64,000 nucleotides of DNA. It comes from Candidatus Babeliales bacterium (lineage in GTDB: Bacteria; Babelota; Babeliae; Babelales; UASB340). The notes below the pieces were generated by a model that saw nothing but the letters and a program-made list of their open reading frames with translations, made no database searches and was not told where the DNA came from. How positions within the stretch are numbered: the stretch's first letter is position 1; each line of letters begins with the position of its first letter. Location: positions 70,548 through 134,547 of the forward strand of contig JAGLWI010000005.1 in assembly GCA_023133515.1 (NCBI GenBank), written 5' to 3'. A program made the translations under genes and the position numbers. Of the stretch, positions 45,998-54,123 are shown piece after piece.

Positions 45998-46735
45998 ATG
46001 AAAAAGATGATTACCACAGGATTAATGGTTTGTATGTTAGGAGTAGGGGTAGGATCAGGAGCAAACTCAACATCATATAATAACGTCCCTACAAACACAA
46101 TTGAATTTGCTGATTGGGAATATTATGGAAGTAAATACTTTAATGATTCTGACACAAAAGAAAACAACAAATGTTCTAGTTTTCTAAAAATATCAGCATT
46201 AATAGTAGGATCTGTTGCAGCAGTTTATGGTATGGATTATGCACTTACATGGGCAACTAAAATTGGTCTTCCAGGATCTATTAAGAGTTACAAATTTGGA
46301 ACACTTTGTAATAAAACAAAAGAAGTAATTCAAAAAGCAATTGCAAACTCTCCAAAATTACTCGAATATATTAAACGTCTTCCAGGAAAAATAAAATCCG
46401 TTCCACAACTCATCAAAGAAATTCCTAACTTTGTAAAAAATGTTATTTTTAAAATAACAAAAAATAGTAAAAAACTTCATAATTATTTAATCAAAATTAT
46501 TATAGATGGTTTAAAAGATATAGTAATTATTAAAAATATTGTTATGCAACACATGAAAAATGCAGGAGAAAAAATAATTGCTATACCTGGACAATTAAAA
46601 GCTTTACCAGCTTTAATCATTTCATTCCCAAGATCAACTTATAAAACTTATAATATTGGAAAAGAAGCACAAAATAGTATTTGCTGGAATTTCTGTTCTT
46701 TTTTACCAACACTTAAATGGTTTAATAAAAAATAA
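45998..46735 (+). CDS. orphan secreted/membrane protein, tandem family member 3
   Basis: 245 aa. Start context AATATGGGGGGATAATCATG. Motif VAAVYGMDYALTWATKIGLPGSIKSYKFGTLCNK. Confidence 0.6.
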   Translation: MKKMITTGLMVCMLGVGVGSGANSTSYNNVPTNTIEFADWEYYGSKYFNDSDTKENNKCSSFLKISALIVGSVAAVYGMDYALTWATKIGLPGSIKSYKFGTLCNKTKEVIQKAIANSPKLLEYIKRLPGKIKSVPQLIKEIPNFVKNVIFKITKNSKKLHNYLIKIIIDGLKDIVIIKNIVMQHMKNAGEKIIAIPGQLKALPALIISFPRSTYKTYNIGKEAQNSICWNFCSFLPTLKWFNKK

Positions 46736-46769
46736 TTAGAATTTAATACAATACTATTAACTAAAAAAA

Positions 46770-46793
46770 GGGCTGATTTTATCAGTCCTTTTT
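46770..46793 (+). terminator. rho-independent terminator
   Basis: GGGCTGAT-TTT-ATCAGTCC stem followed by TTTTT. Confidence 0.6.
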
Positions 46794-46845
46794 AGTATCA
46801 ACTCATTACAAATTTTTATATTCTAAAACACATCCAAAGATTCTC

Positions 46846-46873
46846 TTGAAATTTAAATTTAAAATGATATTTT
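46846..46873 (+). promoter_or_regulatory. extended -10 promoter of tandem-family gene 4
   Basis: TTGAAA-N16 (ending TGA)-TATTTT. Nearly identical to 47850-47877. Confidence 0.55.
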
Positions 46874-46926
46874 TAATTAACGTGTTTTAAATAATATTAA
46901 TTTTTATCTTTTACAGGAGGAATAGA

Positions 46927-47745
46927 ATGAAGAAATTTTTTTCTATCACATTGGCCATATTTCTGGCATTTTCAAGTTCAACAAATATTCTTAAGTCTTT
47001 ACCAAATGATGAAATAAATCCTCAAGAAGAAAAAGTTTCAGTTTTTATAGAAGAATTATCACAAGTTTGTAATGAATATAAAAAAGTTATAAATAAAGAC
47101 AAAGATGTTTTGCAAAAACGCAAAGAAGTTTTAAAGGAAGCAAGACAAACTCTTGCAGAACTTAAAAAAGAATTAAATAAATGCAAAAGATCAGGAAAAC
47201 CTGAATTAAAAAATCGCATCATAGATGCAGCAATAGGTGTTGCAATAGTTGTTGGTGTACTTTACAGTGTAGATTGCGCAATTGGAGCTTTAGAGCATGC
47301 TGGTCTTATTAAAGAAGTAACAATGTCTTACAAAGTTGGAACATTATATAAATATTCATTGGGTTTTATAATAACAGGAATAGCCTACTTTGGAAGAAGT
47401 ATAGCTTTACCTATTTTGAAATGTTTTTTTATAGATATTCCTGTTAAATTATTTAAAATTTTGTTCAGTGTTCCATCAAAAGCAAAGAATTTGTTATTCA
47501 GAAAAACTATACCACAAGAAGGATTAACTTTCGAAGATAAAGAAATATGTGATTTAAAAGATGGTCCTGTAATAAACCCATTGGAAGAAAAATTATACCC
47601 AGTAATAAAAGAACCAGCAACTCCAAAAATATGCAACAGTGATGATCTAAACGCTTTCATTAAAGACTACTTAAACATTAATGGTTGCACCTTAAATAAA
47701 AGTACACTAAGGAAGCTTATAAAAAACTTAAAAACAACATTTTAA
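46927..47745 (+). CDS. orphan secreted/membrane protein, tandem family member 4
   Basis: 272 aa with an AGGAGG SD, signal peptide and coiled-coil. Motif VVGVLYSVDCAIGALEHAGLIKEVTMSYKVGTLYK. Confidence 0.6.
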   Translation: MKKFFSITLAIFLAFSSSTNILKSLPNDEINPQEEKVSVFIEELSQVCNEYKKVINKDKDVLQKRKEVLKEARQTLAELKKELNKCKRSGKPELKNRIIDAAIGVAIVVGVLYSVDCAIGALEHAGLIKEVTMSYKVGTLYKYSLGFIITGIAYFGRSIALPILKCFFIDIPVKLFKILFSVPSKAKNLLFRKTIPQEGLTFEDKEICDLKDGPVINPLEEKLYPVIKEPATPKICNSDDLNAFIKDYLNINGCTLNKSTLRKLIKNLKTTF

Positions 47746-47770
47746 TATAAAATACGTTATTAAAATAAAA

Positions 47771-47805
47771 AAGAGGCCTATTTTTTTAATAGGTCTCTTT
47801 TTTAT
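47771..47805 (+). terminator. rho-independent terminator
   Basis: AAGAGGCCTAT / ATAGGTCTCTT stem followed by a T-run. Confidence 0.65.
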
Positions 47806-47849
47806 TTTATAATCTTCTTAATAAACACAAAAAACTTAAAAAATTAATC

Positions 47850-47877
47850 TTGAAATTTAAAATTAAAATGATATTTT
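47850..47877 (+). promoter_or_regulatory. extended -10 promoter of tandem-family gene 5
   Basis: TTGAAA-N16 (ending TGA)-TATTTT. Confidence 0.55.
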
Positions 47878-47923
47878 CATATCAAAAATAAAAACTTTTT
47901 TATCTTTAATGAAAGAAAAAATA

Positions 47924-48523
47924 ATGAAAAAACTTTTCTTCTATTTTCTACTTTGCTATTTAATCACATCAAACTCAATACAAATTCTATCGTCAATGGG
48001 AAAAAATAATCTAAAAAGTGGGAAAAAAGCCTTATTAAAAAATATGCAGGAGACTTTAAAAGAAAGAAAAAAGCTTTTAGAAACAGATAAAAATGATTTC
48101 ACAGAAGATAAAAAAGTTTTAATCGAAGCAAAAAAAATAATTCTAAAACTAAATAATCAACTAGAAAATCCTAAAAATACAACTAATTTAAAATTAAAAA
48201 AAAGAATCGCATCTGCAATTCTCTATGTTTTGTTAGCTATTTCAATAAGTTATGGAACCAATTTTGCTATTAATCTTTTAGAACAAACAAAAATTATACT
48301 TATAGATAACGTTTTCAAATCAATGATATTAAATTATTCAATCTCAGCTTTATTAAGCTATCCATTAACTTTTATAATATCTAAAGTTCCTTTAATAACA
48401 AAATTCGTAGAATCTTTGCCAAAATCACTTTTAAAAAAAATAACTAATAAAAAACATACATTTTTTGATGAAATAATTAGATCTTGGGAAATATCCAGAA
48501 CTATATCTCATATGGCAAAATAA
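47924..48523 (+). CDS. orphan secreted/membrane protein, tandem family member 5 (divergent)
   Basis: The ORF track starts at 47909. ATG 47924 gives MKKLFFYFLLCYLITS. Coiled-coil similar to member 4. Weaker motif LLAISISYGTNFAINLLEQTK. Confidence 0.5.
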   Translation: MKKLFFYFLLCYLITSNSIQILSSMGKNNLKSGKKALLKNMQETLKERKKLLETDKNDFTEDKKVLIEAKKIILKLNNQLENPKNTTNLKLKKRIASAILYVLLAISISYGTNFAINLLEQTKIILIDNVFKSMILNYSISALLSYPLTFIISKVPLITKFVESLPKSLLKKITNKKHTFFDEIIRSWEISRTISHMAK

Positions 48524-48565
48524 TGGATTATACGAAAATACGAAAACTCAAATAATCTTACAAAG

Positions 48566-48596
48566 ACGCTCATCCTGAGCTTGTCGAAGTGAGCGT
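48566..48596. repeat. GC-rich hairpin element between convergent genes
   Basis: ACGCTCA-TCCTGAGCTTGTCGAAG-TGAGCGT (7-bp stem). A related decayed copy lies at about 13044-13068. Confidence 0.6.
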
Positions 48597-48635
48597 AATT
48601 TATATTAAAATTAAATACACCACGCTTTTTGTGCC

Positions 48636-49295
48636 CTATTTTATATAGCTTAAAAATTTATCAACTGTTTGTTTTTGTGTCATATTAGAATTATCAATTA
48701 TTATCGAATCTTTTGAAATAATTAAAGGAGCAACATCACGCTCCATATCTCTTTTATCTCTTTTCTCAAGTTCTATTTTAACTTCTTGTAAATTTAAGTT
48801 TAAATTAACCCGTTTTTTGTCTTCAAATATTCTTTTTGCCCTTATATCAAGATTTGCAGTAAGAAAAAATTTATAATCTGCATTTTGAAAAATAACTGAC
48901 CCACAATCTCTACCATCTGCAACAATATCATGTTTTTTTGCAATGCTTCTTTGTAACTCAATTAATCCCTCTCGAACTTCTTTTTTTGCACTCATAATTG
49001 AAGCTTGTTGCCCTAAAACCATAGTATATAAATTTTTAGTTAAATTTTTCCCATTAAAAAAAATCAGTGAGGCTTGGCCATCATACTCATAAGAAATTTT
49101 TTCAATAAATTTTAAATCTTTTAAAATAGTTTTATCTACATCAGAAAGTTTTTTCCCTAAAATGTTTAAAAAAATATAAGCAACTGCACGATAAAGTAAT
49201 CCTGTATTTAGATAATAAATATTCAATCTTTTACAAATCTCTTTGCCCACACTACTTTTGCCACTTCCTACTGGTCCATCAATTGTAATAATCAT
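48636..49295 (-). CDS. cmk: cytidylate kinase
   Basis: 219 aa. ITIDGPVGSGKSS P-loop and a DGRD motif. Confidence 0.85.
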   Translation of the reverse strand: MIITIDGPVGSGKSSVGKEICKRLNIYYLNTGLLYRAVAYIFLNILGKKLSDVDKTILKDLKFIEKISYEYDGQASLIFFNGKNLTKNLYTMVLGQQASIMSAKKEVREGLIELQRSIAKKHDIVADGRDCGSVIFQNADYKFFLTANLDIRAKRIFEDKKRVNLNLNLQEVKIELEKRDKRDMERDVAPLIISKDSIIIDNSNMTQKQTVDKFLSYIK

Positions 49296-49310
49296 AAAAA
49301 TCCTTACATC

Positions 49311-51086
49311 TCATGGTATTGAAATATCTAATCCTTGAAGTTCAATATTCACCCTTCCTCCCCACTCATTTTTTACAACATGCGCTACAACATGAAAATT
49401 TTTATCACCAAGATTGTTAAAAATCTTGTAAAAATCGGGATTATTAAAAAATATTATAGGCTTTATAACCCCCTCTGAAAAAATGCTACATTTTACATGC
49501 CTATCTTTTAAAAGAACTGGTTTATTTAAAATCGAAACATTCTTAATCACAAAAACTGGTTGCTTATTTTGATTTCCAAAAGGTTCTAACTTTTGGAAAT
49601 CAGATAAAAAATTCATCTTCAATTCAGGTAATTGTAAATATGAATCAACATTAATTTTTGGAATAAGATCTTGTGGACTTAATTCCTTTGTAATTTTATT
49701 CTCTAATCTAGATTTTAATTCAGGCAAATTATCTTGTTTTAATCTTAGGCCTGCAGCAAAAGAATGCCCTCCAAAACTTTGCAAAATATCTTTACATCCA
49801 TTCAAAGCTTCAAAAATATTAAATTCAGGAATCGAACGGCAAGACCCTTTCAAAATTCCACTTTTATCCAAATGAAAAAGAAAAGTAGGTTTTCCATAAT
49901 TTTGAACTAAACGTCCTGCAACAAGACCAATAATCCCAGTTGGCCAATCAGAACTTACGGCCATAATAATATTTTCATTATCAAGATCTATTCTTTTCTC
50001 TAAAATGGCACTTTCAATGTCCAAATAAATCTTACGATCTAATTTTTTGCGCTCTTCATTAATTCCTTTTAAAATTCTTCCAATACGCTCAACTTCAAAT
50101 AAATTTGAGCTCACCAAAAATTCTACCGCTTGACGAGGATCATCTAATCTTCCTAAAGCATTTATTTGTGGTGCAATCATAAAAGCAATATCCAAAGAAT
50201 CAAAACAATCTTTTTCTAACCTGCTATTTTTTGCCAAACTTTTTATTGCAATGCTTTTTTGTTTATTAACTTTTGAAAGACCAAATCTAACCCAAAATCT
50301 ATTCTCTTTTGTCAATGGTGCTACATCAGCAATCGTTCCCAACATTAAAAGTTCATAAACCTTATCTGGAACTTCTAAACCTTTTTTTTCATAAAGCATT
50401 TTGACAAGTTTAAAAATTACCCCAACACCAGCCAAATCTTTGTAAGGATATTTACATCCTGGTTGATTGGCATCAATTATAGCAATAGCTTTAGGTAATT
50501 TTTCGTGTGGACGATGATGGTCTGTGATAATTAAATCCAAACCACTTTGATATGCAAGTTGTGCTGCATCAAAAGCTGTAATTCCATTATCAACTGTGAT
50601 CAAAAGATCATAACCATTTTTAACCGCTTTTTCTACAGCTTTTTTAGAAAGCCCATATCCCTCTTTTGCCCGATTTGGAAGATAAAAATTAATATTCGCA
50701 CCAAGAGGAAGCAAGCAAATCATTAACAAAGCAGTAGATGTGATTCCATCCACATCATAATCACCAAAAACCAAAATTCTCTCTTTTCCTTCAACTGCTC
50801 TTTCAAGTCTTTCCAACGCTAATTTAGAATCTTTTAAAAGTGAAGAATCAAAAACATTATCTTCAAATGAACTAAAAAGAAAAGAATTAATTTCTTTTTT
50901 TGTATAATATCCCTTGTTTAACAAAATTCTTGCAACAGGTTGACTTAAATTATGATCACTACAAATTGATAAAATCTTTTTTTCATCAGTTTTTTTGATT
51001 TTCCAAAGATATTTTTCACCTTTTATTAATTCAAAATCTTTTTCTGATTTTTTATAAAAAGTTTGTTTTGCTTTTTGTAAACTCAC
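49311..51086 (-). CDS. recJ: single-stranded-DNA-specific exonuclease RecJ
   Basis: 591 aa. DHH motifs FGDYDVDGITS, TVDNG and ITDHH. DHHA1 GGHSFAAG. Confidence 0.9.
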   Translation of the reverse strand: MSLQKAKQTFYKKSEKDFELIKGEKYLWKIKKTDEKKILSICSDHNLSQPVARILLNKGYYTKKEINSFLFSSFEDNVFDSSLLKDSKLALERLERAVEGKERILVFGDYDVDGITSTALLMICLLPLGANINFYLPNRAKEGYGLSKKAVEKAVKNGYDLLITVDNGITAFDAAQLAYQSGLDLIITDHHRPHEKLPKAIAIIDANQPGCKYPYKDLAGVGVIFKLVKMLYEKKGLEVPDKVYELLMLGTIADVAPLTKENRFWVRFGLSKVNKQKSIAIKSLAKNSRLEKDCFDSLDIAFMIAPQINALGRLDDPRQAVEFLVSSNLFEVERIGRILKGINEERKKLDRKIYLDIESAILEKRIDLDNENIIMAVSSDWPTGIIGLVAGRLVQNYGKPTFLFHLDKSGILKGSCRSIPEFNIFEALNGCKDILQSFGGHSFAAGLRLKQDNLPELKSRLENKITKELSPQDLIPKINVDSYLQLPELKMNFLSDFQKLEPFGNQNKQPVFVIKNVSILNKPVLLKDRHVKCSIFSEGVIKPIIFFNNPDFYKIFNNLGDKNFHVVAHVVKNEWGGRVNIELQGLDISIP

Positions 51087-51108
51087 AAGAAAATCCTAAT
51101 GGCCACTA

Positions 51109-52617
51109 CTACTCCAATGATTTCAATGTCGGAAACAAAATAACATCTTTGATAGAATTTGTATCAGTAAGAAGCATCGTAATCCTATCTATTCCAAGAC
51201 CAACACCAACCGTTGGAGGTAACCCGTATTCTAATGTTTTTATGTAATCTTCATCATAATGGTGAGCTTCTTCATCTCCTCTAATTTTTGCCTCAACCTG
51301 TTTTTTAAATCTTACTGCCTGATCAAAAGGATCGTTAAGCTCTGTAAAACCATTTGCAAGCTCAATTCCCATACAAAAAAGTTCAAACCTCGCAGCCTCA
51401 TCTTTATTTTTTTCATCACGTTTTGCTAAAGGAGAAACCTCTATTGAATGCCCTGTAATAAATGTTGGTTGAACGATTTTATCCTCTACAAGATGTTCAA
51501 AAAGTAAAAATAACTTTTTTCCGTATCCAAAACTTTTTTCAATCTCAATATTATTTTCTTTAAATGTTTTATCAATATTTTGCTCAATTATTTGATCAGC
51601 ATTAAGTTTTCCTATCTCAATTAGCGAATCTTTAATTGTCATTCTTTTAAAAGGCAAACTAAAATCTAAAAGATGTTCTCCAAATTTAATAGATGAAGAA
51701 TCAAAAATAGATGAAGCAACATAATGAATCAATTTTTCAGTCAAATCTATACCATCATTATAATCCCCATGAGCCATGTAAAACTCAAGCATCGTAAATT
51801 CTGGATTATGCTTTGTGGATATTCCCTCATTTCTAAAGTTACGATTAATCTCAAAAACCCTTTCAAAACCACCAACAACCAATCTTTTTAAATAAAGCTC
51901 TGGAGCAATACGAAGATAAAGATCCATGTCATATGCATTATGATGAGTAACAAATGGTTTTGCAGTTGCGCCACCAGGAATTGGGTGAAGCATAGGAGTT
52001 TCAACTTCCAAAAAATCACGATCTAATAAAAATTGACGAATTGTCTGAATAATACGTGAACGTTTTTTAAATTTTTCTTTAGCATCAGGATTACTTATAA
52101 GATCCAAATAACGCTGACGATATCTTTGTTCAACATCAACAAGACCATGATATTTTTCAGGCAAAGGATGAAGGCATTTACTCAAAAGAGAAAATTGCTT
52201 AACCCTTAAAGTTATTTCACCCATTTTTGTTTTAAAAACAGATCCTTTTGCCCAAACAATGTCTCCTACATCAACATAATGAACAAGAAAATCAAAAAGT
52301 TTCTCCCCAAGAATGTCTTGTTTTAAATATAACTGCAAAATTCCAGTTCTATCTTGTAATGTAACAAATATCGTTTTACCATGATTCCTAGATGTCATTA
52401 TTCTGCCTGCTATTGAATATTCCTTATCTTCAGAAAGATTTTTATCAAAATCATCAATAACTTTGCTACAAGTGGAATCAATTTTTTTAAACGCAGGCCA
52501 AGGATTTATACCTTCATGAATCATTTTTTTAATTTTTTCAAGACGAACTTCATGTTCTGATGATAAAGCTTCTTTCTCATGATTTTTATTGTTATTAAAA
52601 TTTTCTTTTTTGGTCAT
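51109..52617 (-). CDS. lysS: lysyl-tRNA synthetase, class II
   Basis: 502 aa. OB-fold N-domain. Class II motifs (FLEVETPML, FRNEG, GLGIDR). Confidence 0.9.
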   Translation of the reverse strand: MTKKENFNNNKNHEKEALSSEHEVRLEKIKKMIHEGINPWPAFKKIDSTCSKVIDDFDKNLSEDKEYSIAGRIMTSRNHGKTIFVTLQDRTGILQLYLKQDILGEKLFDFLVHYVDVGDIVWAKGSVFKTKMGEITLRVKQFSLLSKCLHPLPEKYHGLVDVEQRYRQRYLDLISNPDAKEKFKKRSRIIQTIRQFLLDRDFLEVETPMLHPIPGGATAKPFVTHHNAYDMDLYLRIAPELYLKRLVVGGFERVFEINRNFRNEGISTKHNPEFTMLEFYMAHGDYNDGIDLTEKLIHYVASSIFDSSSIKFGEHLLDFSLPFKRMTIKDSLIEIGKLNADQIIEQNIDKTFKENNIEIEKSFGYGKKLFLLFEHLVEDKIVQPTFITGHSIEVSPLAKRDEKNKDEAARFELFCMGIELANGFTELNDPFDQAVRFKKQVEAKIRGDEEAHHYDEDYIKTLEYGLPPTVGVGLGIDRITMLLTDTNSIKDVILFPTLKSLE

Positions 52618-52772
52618 TATATTTTTTCCTTAAGTAAGCTCATATCCTTGGACCTTTCAATACAACACTTTGTATCTATTCAAGACAAATAATTCAGTAT
52701 TTAAACAACCTTAAACTCAACTTATTATAAAACAAATACAAAAAAGAACAAAGCCTCAACCTTCAAAAACCC

Positions 52773-53057
52773 CTATTCGTCAACCAAAAGATAAACTTTT
52801 TCATCAACAAATCCCATCTGCAAATCTTCTCTAGCCATCCTTTGCAATTCAAAATCATCACCTAAAAATTCTTCTATATCTCCCTTTAAAATTTTTATCT
52901 TCTGCTCTAATTTTACAATTTTGTTTTTTTCTAATTCGATTTTCTTTTTATTATCAAAATAATTTACTATTCCAAGATTTCCCCAAATTATAAATTTTAC
53001 AAAAAAAAGACAGGCTACAAATAAAATTAAAGTTCTTATAATTATTTTAAACTTCAC
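52773..53057 (-). CDS. ftsB: septum formation initiator (FtsB/DivIC-like)
   Basis: 94 aa. N-terminal TM followed by a coiled-coil (KKKIELEKNKIVKLEQKIKILKGDIE). Confidence 0.55.
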   Translation of the reverse strand: MKFKIIIRTLILFVACLFFVKFIIWGNLGIVNYFDNKKKIELEKNKIVKLEQKIKILKGDIEEFLGDDFELQRMAREDLQMGFVDEKVYLLVDE

Positions 53058-53079
53058 TACTTATTCTCCTATTTAAAAA

Positions 53080-53997
53080 TTACTCCTTCCCCAAATCTCT
53101 ATGTCTTATCAAAAACTTTACACTGAGCCATTTCTCTTGTCCAAGTTTTTCGACAAATGCTACAGATCTATGCTTACCGCCAGTACAACCGATAGCTACA
53201 TTTACAAAAAATCGTCCTTCTTTATAAAAATTTTCAATCGAATATTTCAAAAAATCTTTTAATCTAAGCCAATAAGAACTTACAACCTCTTTTTTAAATA
53301 AAAATCTTTTTATAAAATCATGTCTTCCATCCAACATTTTTAAATCTGGCTCAAAATGCGGATTTGGTAAAAACCTTAAATCATAAACTAAATTACTTTC
53401 TTGCGGAATACCAAACTTAAAACCAAAAGATATTAAACTTACCAACATTTCTCGCCCAGATTTTTTAACAAAAAAATTTCCAACCCATCTTCTTAAGTCG
53501 TGAACATTGAATACATCAGTATCAAGAATTATATCAGACATTCTTTTTACTGGCTCTAAAAGCTCTATTTCTTTTTCTATAGCTTCAACAAGATCAATTT
53601 TATTTGCTAATAAAGGATGATTACGACGAGTTTCCTGAAATCTCCTTAAAAGAATGTTTTTACTAGCTCCCAAAAAAATTATTCTTACTTTAACATCAGG
53701 CAGTTGGCTAGTCTTAATCTTATCCATTTGCCAAATAAAATCTGTTAAAAAATTTTGACATCTCGAGTCTATTCCTAATGCCACCTTAAAAAGTTTTGTC
53801 TGAGATTGAAATGCCAAATTTAAAAAATCCGAAAGTAAAGGAAGAGGAAGATTATCTACACAATAAAATCCAAAATCACCTAAAGCACTCATTAAACTTG
53901 TCTTACCAGCACCAGATAATCCTGTAACAATTAATACTTCTTTTATTTGTGTGGTTGTTCTTTCTTTTTCCTTTAAATTAATATTTGATGTAAACAT
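53080..53997 (-). CDS. rapZ: RNase adapter protein RapZ (YhbJ)
   Basis: 305 aa. GLSGAGKTS P-loop. C-terminal IGCTGGKHRSV motif. Confidence 0.85.
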   Translation of the reverse strand: MFTSNINLKEKERTTTQIKEVLIVTGLSGAGKTSLMSALGDFGFYCVDNLPLPLLSDFLNLAFQSQTKLFKVALGIDSRCQNFLTDFIWQMDKIKTSQLPDVKVRIIFLGASKNILLRRFQETRRNHPLLANKIDLVEAIEKEIELLEPVKRMSDIILDTDVFNVHDLRRWVGNFFVKKSGREMLVSLISFGFKFGIPQESNLVYDLRFLPNPHFEPDLKMLDGRHDFIKRFLFKKEVVSSYWLRLKDFLKYSIENFYKEGRFFVNVAIGCTGGKHRSVAFVEKLGQEKWLSVKFLIRHRDLGKE

Positions 53998-54123
53998 AAT
54001 AAAATCAATCTTACAAAATCTTTATAAACAAAAAAAGTTCCTGTAAACTTTTTATCATTACCATAAATTTTGTATCAAATAATTTAAAGGTCAATATAAT
54101 TTTATTTCAAAAGAAGGAGAATA

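Noticed and set aside
52618-52772. Possible riboswitch or T-box leader upstream of lysS
   Set aside because: No conserved L-box or T-box motifs or specifier/antiterminator arrangement could be recognised by eye.
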